A stretch of 7,092 nucleotides of DNA from IMG/VR virus record IMGVR_UViG_2529292836_000020. The stretch is one strand, 5' to 3'. The notes beneath the pieces are model-generated. The model worked only from the letters and a program-made list of their open reading frames with translations, had not been told where the DNA came from and did no database searches. Source of the stretch: a virus (taxonomy: Duplodnaviria; Heunggongvirae; Uroviricota; Caudoviricetes). How positions within the stretch are numbered: the first letter of the stretch is position 1; every line of letters begins with the position of its first letter. A program made the translations under genes and the position numbers. Below, one piece after another: positions 1 through 6,234 of this stretch.

Positions 1-1131
1 TCAAATGACCAGTTTTTTCCACTCCTTACCGCGTACATCGTTGTAAATATCGGTCATTTTTTGATTCGAATGACCTAGCAAAATTTTGGTATCAACCCCC
101 TGCTCTCTGAACAATCGCTCTGATAAAGATCTCTGCTCATGGAAAGAGGGTGGGGTGCCATTAGCACGCCAGTTGTAATCCACAGAATCCCGGGCTTTTT
201 TAAATGCAACTGTTAATGTTGCTGGCTTAACCATCCCGCCGCGCTTAGCTGTCCCTTTCGCGTGATGGTGGTGCAATAGCCACGGACTAAGAACACAATC
301 GCGGCAGGATGACACTACATCATCCAGGGTGAGATTTAATTTATCGCAACGCAGAGCCAGAGGGATGGCAATCCGGGTTCCTGTTTTTTGCTGTTCGACA
401 TGAAGATAACCATCCCGGATATCCGAAAATTGCATTTTGCAAATATCTGAAAGGCGCTGGCCTGTCATCAGTGCCAGCAGCATACCGCGCTGTAAAAAGT
501 AACCATCCTTTTCCGCTGCGTTATAAATCATCATCCACTCATCAAAAGTCAGTCGCTGTCTTGATATCCGCACCTGCGGTTTTTTTGCCGATTCTGCAGG
601 GTTAAAGCCTGGCGGGACATCGCCCGTTTGCTGAGCTTCCCGGAAAACATCGATCAGTACCTTCCTGAAAATTTGTCCCATTCTGTTATGTCCTCTGGCC
701 TTGTACTCTTCCAGTACTGATACCACATCTTTTACGGTTATGGCATCTAACGGTCTGGTGCCAAAACGTTCATCAAATACCCTGAGAGGGGCCGCTTTCT
801 GTTTCAGCGTGTTGAGTTTGATCTCGCCGTTTTCATATCTTTCCTGTTGAATTTTTCTGTAATTATTCAGAAAAATGGTAACGGTTGATGAACCGCCGGT
901 ATCACTAATAATTTTCTCCTGCAGACTGAGCATTTGTTCCATTTGCTGCCGGGCAAGACGGCTGTTCGCTTCTGCTGCAATAGTTTCTGCCAGTTTCTGG
1001 TCAATACTGCCGAGACCGTGATTTTTGCCTGTTATGGGATGCCTGTAACGCCAGTAAACTTTGTTATTTCTTTTGTCAAAATACGGAGATAATCCCGGAA
1101 CATTGGTTTTATATTTTCGCGGGCGCGCCAT
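1..1131 (-). CDS. int: Phage integrase, tyrosine recombinase (lambda Int family), 376 aa, complete
   Basis: ATG at 1131..1129 preceded by GAGGA 9 nt upstream; stop TGA at 3..1. C-terminus SFHEQRSLSERLF...LLGHSNQKMTDIYNDVRGKEWKKL closely parallels the lambda Int catalytic C-terminus (H-x-x-R box, LLGH and catalytic Tyr motif); R in ALMTGQRLSDI fits box I. Confidence 0.93.
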   Translation of the reverse strand: MARPRKYKTNVPGLSPYFDKRNNKVYWRYRHPITGKNHGLGSIDQKLAETIAAEANSRLARQQMEQMLSLQEKIISDTGGSSTVTIFLNNYRKIQQERYENGEIKLNTLKQKAAPLRVFDERFGTRPLDAITVKDVVSVLEEYKARGHNRMGQIFRKVLIDVFREAQQTGDVPPGFNPAESAKKPQVRISRQRLTFDEWMMIYNAAEKDGYFLQRGMLLALMTGQRLSDICKMQFSDIRDGYLHVEQQKTGTRIAIPLALRCDKLNLTLDDVVSSCRDCVLSPWLLHHHHAKGTAKRGGMVKPATLTVAFKKARDSVDYNWRANGTPPSFHEQRSLSERLFREQGVDTKILLGHSNQKMTDIYNDVRGKEWKKLVI

Positions 1132-1357
1132 CTTCCAGTATCCTCTTCAAAGCAGGGTGATCTGTGGCGATCACCTCCGGCTTGTTTACCATTCCGACAA
1201 AGCGAGCTTGCGGATCCACTCGCCAGCGTCTTCCAACTTTTTTGGGGAGAGGAAATATCATTCCGGCTTTAGCGTATTTACTTAACGTACTCGGAGTTGG
1301 GACCGGTTCACTGAATTCCTCTTTTGCCCACTCAGTGAGCAGAATAAGTCTTGCCAT
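1109..1357 (-). CDS. xis: Excisionase (lambda Xis-like), 82 aa
   Basis: Small ORF directly upstream of int whose 3' end overlaps the int start by 23 nt, as in lambda xis-int. Translation MARLILLTEWAKEEF...IFPLPKKVGRRWRV resembles the lambda Xis pattern (LTLQEWNARQ...IFPPPVKDGRE). No strong SD, so the exact start is uncertain. Confidence 0.75.
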   Translation of the reverse strand: MARLILLTEWAKEEFSEPVPTPSTLSKYAKAGMIFPLPKKVGRRWRVDPQARFVGMVNKPEVIATDHPALKRILEDGAPAKI

Positions 1358-1421
1358 GAGCGTCGTTCGCTAATCATGGTCGCCGCCACTATAGCTGGTG
1401 GGCAACGACCGGGGTTGAACA

Positions 1422-2738
1422 TTAAAAATCAGCCTGATTCGGGATCAGTTTTTGCCAGATAACTGAAACGTATTTTGCCTGGTAACGGGCGTCATCAAGT
1501 GCATTATGGCGCTCACCTTCGAATGGAATAGCCGTTCTGGCATCGAAGTCTATGGCTTTCCCCAGCTCAACGATTGTGCGTACATCGCGATCGTTGTAGT
1601 AACGCCACGGGCAGGGGATCCCCTGCCGTTCGTATGAACGGCGCAAAATCGTGTTGTCGAAGTTGGCTCCATTTCCCCAGACCTGAACAAAAAATTCACC
1701 GGAGTTTTCGTCGATAAATTCCCGCAATTGTAACAGTGCATCATCTAACGGGATTTCATCGGTCATAATGGCAGACTGCGCTTCACGTGATTGCTTCAGC
1801 CACCTTTTAATGACGTCACGATCAATGACTCCGCCAGCAGTTTCCAGATCGATAGTCTTACTAAATTCCGGTCCCATATCTCCGGTTTGCGGATCGAAAA
1901 ATATTGCACCTATTGAGATAATCGGAGCATCAGGATTTTTTCCCATGGTTTCAAGGTCGATCATTAGATGGTCACACGTCCTACTGGCGGATGTGATTTC
2001 GTGATGACTGTTCACCTTAATTGAGTGATCTGCCGTCTCGCCAGTTTCATTATCGCTATTGTGATGCTGATCGCTACCAGCATTCTCCTTGTGTGGATGT
2101 TCAGCGCCTTCCATTTCCTTCGGATCATTTTCCTGAACTTCAACCTGATACTCTTCATCGAATGTTTCCTGGTATGTTGCGTCGCCCATCACCGCGCCAC
2201 AATCAGGGCAGTTGCCGCCGCCGGTCTGACCGCAGGCGGTGCAGATCTTTTCCGGTTCCTGTTGCACTACTGGTTCAGGTTGTTTCGTTTCTGGCTCGTT
2301 TTGTAACGCATTTGGGCTGTTTTGTTCCGCTTTCTGGTCGTTCTGTTCCGATTCTTGCTGGTTCTGGTTCACAGAATCGCGGGTTTCAATCCCCTTCACC
2401 CATTTCGGATCATTCGGGTCGCTAATCCCTGCAACAAATTCTCCGCGAGAGGCAGCAAGCAACTTATCGGCGTCAGGCTGGCTGATATTGGCTGCCTGCA
2501 TAATTTTGTTTACTTCGTCAGCGGTAACTTTTACCGGCTCTGGTTGTGCGGTCGTGTCAGATGCACCAGTATTTTGTTGTGAACCTGAGTATGTACCGTT
2601 TTTGCGGGCGAAATATTCTTCTTTCGTGATTTCAGTAGCCCCGGCAGCCAGCGCCTTATTCCAGACCAGAAAGTTTGTTTGCGCGACCGTATTTTTCGCC
2701 ATCCTTGTCGGTGAAGAGGAAGTAGAACGGCCCTTCAC
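1422..2738 (-). CDS. Intact C-terminal ORF of the exonuclease VIII-like gene (438 aa from GTG at 2738; contains the DEDDh 3'-5' exonuclease domain)
   Basis: Longest uninterrupted ORF in the window. Listed separately because an annotation pipeline may call it as a stand-alone exonuclease. First in-frame ATG at 2702 has no spaced SD. Confidence 0.55.
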   Translation of the reverse strand: MKGRSTSSSPTRMAKNTVAQTNFLVWNKALAAGATEITKEEYFARKNGTYSGSQQNTGASDTTAQPEPVKVTADEVNKIMQAANISQPDADKLLAASRGEFVAGISDPNDPKWVKGIETRDSVNQNQQESEQNDQKAEQNSPNALQNEPETKQPEPVVQQEPEKICTACGQTGGGNCPDCGAVMGDATYQETFDEEYQVEVQENDPKEMEGAEHPHKENAGSDQHHNSDNETGETADHSIKVNSHHEITSASRTCDHLMIDLETMGKNPDAPIISIGAIFFDPQTGDMGPEFSKTIDLETAGGVIDRDVIKRWLKQSREAQSAIMTDEIPLDDALLQLREFIDENSGEFFVQVWGNGANFDNTILRRSYERQGIPCPWRYYNDRDVRTIVELGKAIDFDARTAIPFEGERHNALDDARYQAKYVSVIWQKLIPNQADF

Positions 2739-3389
2739 GCTCTACAGATGGTTCGACTTCCACTTTGCATTCGGTTTTTTCGTTGTCCGGAATTGCCGTT
2801 TCCACTGCATCAGTTTCTGGTACTGGCGACGAGAGAGTATCAGTTGCGCTCTGATTTCTTCCTTCATCTTCAAACACGCCCTTTGTAGTCAGGTATTCAG
2901 TAATGTATTTGTTCAGTGCCACAGGGTCTTTGTGAATGTCGATCGGACGTTCACGGACAAGGCCAAAAATAGTCTGGCGGTCGTAGCGAAGGGCATCAGG
3001 CTGTTTGCGCATTGATGCCGAGATACGCTTCCAGTCTTCGCGTCGTTGTCGATAACTTCATTTTTTGCCCAGCGATGGATGCTGCCGTCAATGTTTCCGG
3101 CATCCACATCACCAGGCCAGAGAGCGTAGGCCAGTTCGTCATCCAGTGTTTTCCATGTCTGCTTGTATTCGCGATGAGTGGCAGCAATGACCGGGCTGAT
3201 TTTTCCTGTTGAATTTCAGTGTTCTGTTGATTGGCTCTGGCGCGGGCGAGATCAACAACAGACGTGTATTTTCCGGTTTCCTTGCGTTCACCTTCGCGAC
3301 GTTTTTTCCAGATGCGCATCTCTGCCTGAATTTCGGGCCATTTGGCACCAGGCTTACATTTATGCTTAACCCACCCGATGGCATGCAGC

Positions 3390-3887
3390 TTAAGTCCGGA
3401 TACATGGCGTTAACTTCTGCATTTTCATCAACGCTTCAACGATATGTCCGTCGAATGTTGCCATGTCTTCCTGCAACATTCCTGGCCTAATCACCATATC
3501 AACGGTGATGTTTTCACATGTGTCGAACTTAACCATGACAGCGTTCTGTACTTCAGGGGCCAGCTTGTCAAAAGTGACGTTCATCGGATCTGATTCAGTC
3601 TCAACCGGGACAAAGGAAGCTGACTCCTCATCCCAGCGGTTTTCCTGCATATATTCAGCATCCCAGGAATCGAGGGCAGGGCGGGGTATACCGGGTTTAT
3701 CCTCGCAAACAAGAAATTTATAAGCGCAGTCCTGAGCAGCCGGATAATGTTCCAGGAATTGCCAGTGAAATTTTGCGCGGGCGCGACGTTCATCACCGGC
3801 TTCAATGGCAGTGGCTACAGCGACTGCACCTTCTTCCTTTATTGCCTGTTCGTCCGGAATAGCGGCGCAAATAAAGACTTTACTCAT
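3390..3887 (-). CDS. N-terminal fragment ORF of the exonuclease VIII-like gene (165 aa)
   Basis: ATG at 3887 with GAGGT 9 nt upstream; ends at an in-frame TAA at 3392..3390 created by the first frameshift. Translation matches my recollection of the N-terminus of K-12 YdfE (unverified). Confidence 0.55.
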   Translation of the reverse strand: MSKVFICAAIPDEQAIKEEGAVAVATAIEAGDERRARAKFHWQFLEHYPAAQDCAYKFLVCEDKPGIPRPALDSWDAEYMQENRWDEESASFVPVETESDPMNVTFDKLAPEVQNAVMVKFDTCENITVDMVIRPGMLQEDMATFDGHIVEALMKMQKLTPCIRT

Positions 3888-3967
3888 GTTGTTTTAACCT
3901 CATTACAGATTTAAGGGTGAACAAATCCCTGCCATTGCTGGCATATAAAAATGAAACCGGATATTAA

Positions 3968-4171
3968 TTACGGTGCTGTTTTAAGTCCTGCCGGGATTTC
4001 GTTATTATCCATGTGAATAACTTTATCGACCGGATAACAGTTACCGGGAATTTTCTGTTCTGCTGCGGCAGCCATGCATTCTTTCATTGAACCGTAAATG
4101 TCAATAACCATGTCAACAGGCTCGCCAGTATTAAGAAAAACAGTCAGAGTGAGGGCAATAGCAGTATTCAT
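3968..4171 (-). CDS. ydfD: YdfD-like small protein (67 aa; Qin prophage lysis protein family)
   Basis: ATG at 4171..4169 overlaps the dicB stop as ATGA, with AAGGA 8 nt upstream. Hydrophobic N-terminus MNTAIALTLTVFLNTG. Position immediately downstream of dicB matches the Qin operon order. The ORF track's longer start at 4225 would overlap dicB by 58 nt and is rejected. Confidence 0.8.
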   Translation of the reverse strand: MNTAIALTLTVFLNTGEPVDMVIDIYGSMKECMAAAAEQKIPGNCYPVDKVIHMDNNEIPAGLKTAP

Positions 4172-4356
4172 TGCCAGTATCCTTTTTGCATCGGGCGTAA
4201 ACGGGCCAGCATTGAAAGAATGCATATTTTATTTAATAGCTCCCGTTCGTATTTTCTCTTATTAATGGCATCTTCAGTAAATACAGGGTTACTGATTCTG
4301 ACACCAATTTCAAAACAACCTTCAGACGTATTGACGTTTGGTAATAACGTTTCCAT
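4168..4356 (-). CDS. dicB: Cell division inhibitor DicB (62 aa)
   Basis: ATG at 4356 with GAGGA 7 nt upstream. Translation METLLPNVNTSEGCFEIGVRISNPVFTEDAINKRKYERELLNKICILSMLARLRPMQKGYWQ is near-identical in length and sequence to E. coli K-12 DicB as I recall it. The GTG start at 4452 in the ORF track lies inside the processing stem and is rejected. Confidence 0.88.
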   Translation of the reverse strand: METLLPNVNTSEGCFEIGVRISNPVFTEDAINKRKYERELLNKICILSMLARLRPMQKGYWQ

Positions 4357-4373
4357 TATCGCGTCCTCAACAA

Positions 4374-4530
4374 TGAATTTTGTGATGCGGTGCCTGGTGC
4401 CTCCAGGTGACGTTAACCAGTTAACAATTAACGCCGGATACAGAGAACCCACCCATAAGCCAATACGGAAGTCAACTGGTTTTAACTGTTCCGCGTGCGC
4501 TCAGCCGCATTCACCGCATCACAAAATTCA
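4374..4530 (-). promoter_or_regulatory. Perfect 19-bp long-range inverted repeat (4374-4392 and 4512-4530) forming a predicted RNA stem that encloses a 119-nt loop; candidate RNase III processing site
   Basis: Plus 4374-4392 tgaattttgtgatgcggtg is the exact reverse complement of plus 4512-4530 caccgcatcacaaaattca. On the minus-strand transcript the 5' arm begins 4 nt after the DicF U-tract and the 3' arm ends 17 nt before the dicB start codon. Confidence 0.5.
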
Positions 4531-4534
4531 CTTT

Positions 4535-4577
4535 AAAAAGGGCGGCAGAGCAGTCACGGAGTAAAACTGATACCGCC
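4535..4577 (-). terminator. Intrinsic terminator-like hairpin plus U-tract at the DicF 3' end
   Basis: Stem GGCGGUA ... UGCCGCC followed by C and UUUUU (plus 4535-4539 is aaaaa). Confidence 0.55.
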
Positions 4578-4592
4578 AAACGTCACCAGAAA
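4540..4592 (-). ncRNA. dicF: DicF small RNA (53 nt; ftsZ-targeting antisense sRNA of the dicB operon)
   Basis: Minus-strand sequence UUUCUGGUGACGUUUGGCGGUAUCAGUUUUACUCCGUGACUGCUCUGCCGCCC followed by UUUUU matches the DicF sequence as I recall it, in the expected position between ydfC and dicB. Confidence 0.88.
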
Positions 4593-4904
4593 ATTGATAA
4601 CAGAGGGCGTTGCAGCGGGGTTGTCACTTAAGCGTATGGTCAACCTGACAACCCGGTGTCCTCAACGGGGGAAGGAATAACCCCGCCATACTTACCGCCG
4701 CACCATTTCGCGGATTGCCACAACCGGAAGCGCACGGTCGACGAAAATTTAACGACAGGCTATCTATGAACCAGCTACCTCGCCGTGCGCTTTCGCGTTA
4801 TGGTCTGACTTTGCAGGGAAATATCCTTTCAGTAAACTGTCTGTGCCGGATGCTCACCCGTGGAGAACTCCTTACTTACCAACCTTAGCTTCGTTGGTTA
4901 GCTA

Positions 4905-5123
4905 TTAACGCGGGTATGTAATCATTCTGGCAATGCTTAATGCCGCTGCTTTTTCCAGATTAGTGATATCCTGCTCCAGAGCGGACAGATTTTCAGCCTG
5001 CTTAGCCCTGGCTTCATTGGCCCATTTCAGATCCTGCGCTGCATTAATTTTCTGGTACGTCCACTCATAAAGTTCATCATCGGTATAGTCTGGCGCGATG
5101 ATGACGGGTTCTCGTTTCTGCAT
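4905..5123 (-). CDS. ydfC: YdfC-like small protein (72 aa)
   Basis: ATG at 5123 with GAGGA 7 nt upstream; stop TAA at 4907..4905. Length and position (third gene of the operon, upstream of DicF) match Qin ydfC. Confidence 0.82.
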   Translation of the reverse strand: MQKREPVIIAPDYTDDELYEWTYQKINAAQDLKWANEARAKQAENLSALEQDITNLEKAAALSIARMITYPR

Positions 5124-5152
5124 ACTGATTCCTCGCGGTGCTGTTTCGCTTA

Positions 5153-5281
5153 TCAGCCGTTAGATTTTGCCGAACTGGAAAGCGCCTGTTTAAATTCGTT
5201 GAAGCTGAGAGCTTCTTCGCCTTCGGCAAGACCTTCGAAGTATTCTTCGTAAGCCTTTTCCATGATTGTGTCGAAATCCAT
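5153..5281 (-). CDS. ydfB: YdfB-like small acidic protein (42 aa)
   Basis: Not in the supplied ORF track (below its size cut-off). ATG at 5281..5279 with AGGTGA 5 nt upstream, one nucleotide after the ydfA stop; translation MDFDTIMEKAYEEYFEGLAEGEEALSFNEFKQALSSSAKSNG; stop TGA at 5155..5153. Fills the gap between ydfA and ydfC; length matches Qin YdfB. Confidence 0.72.
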   Translation of the reverse strand: MDFDTIMEKAYEEYFEGLAEGEEALSFNEFKQALSSSAKSNG

Positions 5282-5282
5282 A

Positions 5283-5438
5283 TCACTCACCTGAGTTTCT
5301 TTCCAGCCAGCGACGGGCACCATTTTCGGTTTTAAACGTTTTGCTTTTGGTATACGTCATCGCGGTGAACGTACCGTCCTGGTTGGGGAACACGCCACAT
5401 ACCAGAGATTCGCTGTTGCCAAGATCGATAGTATCCAT
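5283..5438 (-). CDS. ydfA: YdfA-like small protein (51 aa)
   Basis: ATG at 5438 preceded by GAGG 5 nt upstream; translation MDTIDLGNSESLVCGVFPNQDGTFTAMTYTKSKTFKTENGARRWLERNSGE. The upstream in-frame ATG at 5519 (78 aa) has a weak SD; the true start could be either. Confidence 0.75.
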   Translation of the reverse strand: MDTIDLGNSESLVCGVFPNQDGTFTAMTYTKSKTFKTENGARRWLERNSGE

Positions 5439-5616
5439 GCTGACCTCATTTCCCCTTAACGCCGGGGTAGCGGAACAAAAACCTGCTGCATAGTTATTAA
5501 AGTTGAACCCTGCCGTCATGTTCTTACGCCTCGGGCTGGCTACTTAACCCCTGACCACTGTCTGGTAACTCGAAGTATTGCCCTGCATTCTGTGGGGCGG
5601 GGTGGGTGGCAGGTAT

Positions 5617-5660
5617 ATAATGTACTTTGTGTTCATTGTTGTAAAGTACATTTAGTACAT
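5617..5660 (-). promoter_or_regulatory. Predicted leftward promoter of the dicB operon (-35 TTTACA at 5645..5640, 17-nt spacer, -10 CATTAT at 5622..5617) overlapped by operator-like hexamers
   Basis: Sigma70-like hexamers on the minus strand. Plus-strand TGTACT at 5621-5626 and AGTACA at 5645-5650 and 5654-5659 overlap the -10 and -35; AGTACATTT is a tandem direct repeat. Confidence 0.5.
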
Positions 5661-5735
5661 TTTGTGTGTAAAAAAATGAGATGGGATAAAGTGAAGCACA
5701 AACCCGGAGGAAGGCGCTACCGGATTTATGCTGGT

Positions 5736-6155
5736 TTAAGAGGCTTTTTGTTTTTTCTTTCGTGCTAACTCTTCGTAAATTGCATTGTACTTCTGTTTTT
5801 TCTCTTCAAGAGTTTTTAAAAGTTCATCTGTCTCACTGTCAGGGAGCTCGTCCAGAAGGTCAATGATGATTTTTTGTCTTGGATTTAACTCCTGATAGAA
5901 ACGTACCTGTCCACTTTCTTCTGTGTCCTCTCCCAAAAGATAGGTTGGTGTTGTTCCTATTAGTGTTGCTAATTCCCTTAATTTCTCCCGGCGAGGAATT
6001 GTTTCGCCATTAAACCATTTGCTAACCGCTTTTGGTGTTAATTTCATTCGACGGGCAATTTCTGCCTGCCTTCCATGTTGTTCATAACCAGCGTTTTCAC
6101 AGGCTAGCGCAAGCCTACTGGCGAACTCTTTACGCGCTTTATCTTCATGAACCAT
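5736..6155 (-). CDS. Prophage repressor, XRE-family HTH (DicA/CI-like), 139 aa
   Basis: ATG at 6155, stop TAA at 5738..5736. N-terminal HTH region (GRQAEIARRMKLTPKAVSKWFNGETIP) and C-terminal segment IIDLLDELPDSETDELL resembling the DicA C-terminus as I recall it; divergent from a cro-like gene. Confidence 0.9.
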   Translation of the reverse strand: MVHEDKARKEFASRLALACENAGYEQHGRQAEIARRMKLTPKAVSKWFNGETIPRREKLRELATLIGTTPTYLLGEDTEESGQVRFYQELNPRQKIIIDLLDELPDSETDELLKTLEEKKQKYNAIYEELARKKKQKAS

Positions 6156-6234
6156 AAGTTCAATGATATTCGCTCTTGAATGTACTGTCAGTTCTGTTAT
6201 AGCATGTACTCAAAGTTCACATTGTGAGGGTGAT
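6156..6234. promoter_or_regulatory. Divergent promoter/operator region between the repressor and cro-like genes
   Basis: Minus strand: -35 CTGACA (plus 6186-6191), 17-nt spacer, -10 TATCAT (plus 6163-6168), then 7 nt to the repressor ATG, implying a leaderless or near-leaderless transcript. Plus strand: -35 TTGAAT (6176-6181) and extended -10 TGtTATAGC (6195-6203); SD GAGGG before the cro-like ATG. TGTACT at 6181-6186 and 6205-6210, 24 bp apart. Confidence 0.5.

Larger units (their letters stand above)
1422..3887 (-). pseudogene. Exodeoxyribonuclease VIII-like gene (RecE-type N-terminal region plus C-terminal DnaQ-like DEDDh 3'-5' exonuclease domain), disrupted by at least 5 frameshifts
   Basis: Protein-like translation continues across five frame switches on the minus strand: frame of 3887 (MSKVF...EALMKM) to EVNAMYPDL (~3421), to LKLHAIGWVKHK...MRIWKKRREGERK...QQEK (~3394), to ISPVIAATHREYKQTWKTLDDELAYALWPGDVDAGNIDGSIHRWAKNEVIDND (~3200, in a T5 run on plus), to REDWKRISASMRKQPDALRYDRQ...FTDKDGEK (~3043), to [15 protein letters not shown]... 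through stop at 1422 (~2695, in a T5 run on plus). The N-terminal part resembles what I recall of E. coli K-12 YdfE (unverified). C-terminus has DEDDh motifs (DLET, NGANFD, HNALDDA). Confidence 0.7.

Noticed and set aside
1061-1373. Plus-strand ORFs 1061..1285 and 1164..1373
   Set aside because: Antisense to the int/xis overlap region; no RBS and non-protein-like composition.
1394-1401. Chi sequences GCTGGTGG on the plus strand at 1394-1401 and 6746-6753
   Set aside because: Two octamers in 7 kb is about the background Chi density for E. coli-like DNA; no evidence of special significance.
1550-1744. Minus-strand ORF of 64 aa inside the exonuclease C-terminal region
   Set aside because: Alternative frame wholly nested in the 438-aa ORF; Cys-rich and implausible.
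1768-3015. Plus-strand ORFs 1768..2004, 2021..2425, 2025..2306, 2239..3015 (258 aa) and 2322..2582
   Set aside because: All are antisense to the exonuclease VIII-like gene, have Cys/Phe/Ser-rich low-complexity translations and no convincing RBS; judged to be shadow ORFs of the strongly coding minus strand.
3012-3805. ORFs 3012..3212, 3178..3369, 3209..3490 and 3463..3723 (plus) and 3581..3805 (minus)
   Set aside because: Antisense or alternative-frame ORFs within the exonuclease gene. The listed minus-strand ORFs 3139..3405, 2996..3319, 2913..3107 and 2656..3012 are not independent genes either, but frame-shifted pieces of the same pseudogene.
4168-4452. Extended starts for dicB (GTG at 4452, 94 aa) and ydfD (ATG at 4225, 85 aa)
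   Set aside because: The downstream ATGs at 4356 and 4171 have well-spaced SD sequences and give the expected protein lengths. The extended versions would run through the processing stem or overlap dicB by 58 nt.
4220-4564. Plus-strand 114-aa ORF
   Set aside because: Antisense to dicB and ydfD and running into the DicF terminator; no RBS; better explained as a shadow of the minus-strand genes.
4766-4891. Plus-strand 41-aa ORF (MNQLPRRALSRYGLTLQGNIL...) in the ydfC-DicF leader
   Set aside because: No SD, antisense to the operon transcript, and an unremarkable translation; kept only as a remote possibility.
4879-4899. Hairpin ACCAAC-(9 nt)-GTTGGT just after the ydfC stop as a possible intrinsic terminator
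   Set aside because: No U-tract follows on the transcribed strand and DicF/dicB must be transcribed through it; more likely an mRNA stability or processing element, if anything.
5077-5493. ORFs 5077..5286 (minus, 69 aa), 5138..5335 and 5266..5493 (plus)
   Set aside because: 5077..5286 is an alternative frame spanning ydfB and the ydfC start with a highly basic, low-complexity translation; the plus ORFs are antisense to ydfA/ydfB. The real minus-strand genes here are the 42-aa and 51-aa ORFs.
5595-5614. G-rich tract GGGGCGGGGTGGGTGG (C-rich on the operon transcript) near the predicted dicB-operon transcription start
   Set aside because: Only three runs of three or more G, so not a canonical G-quadruplex motif, and no recognisable regulatory motif; noted as a compositional oddity only.
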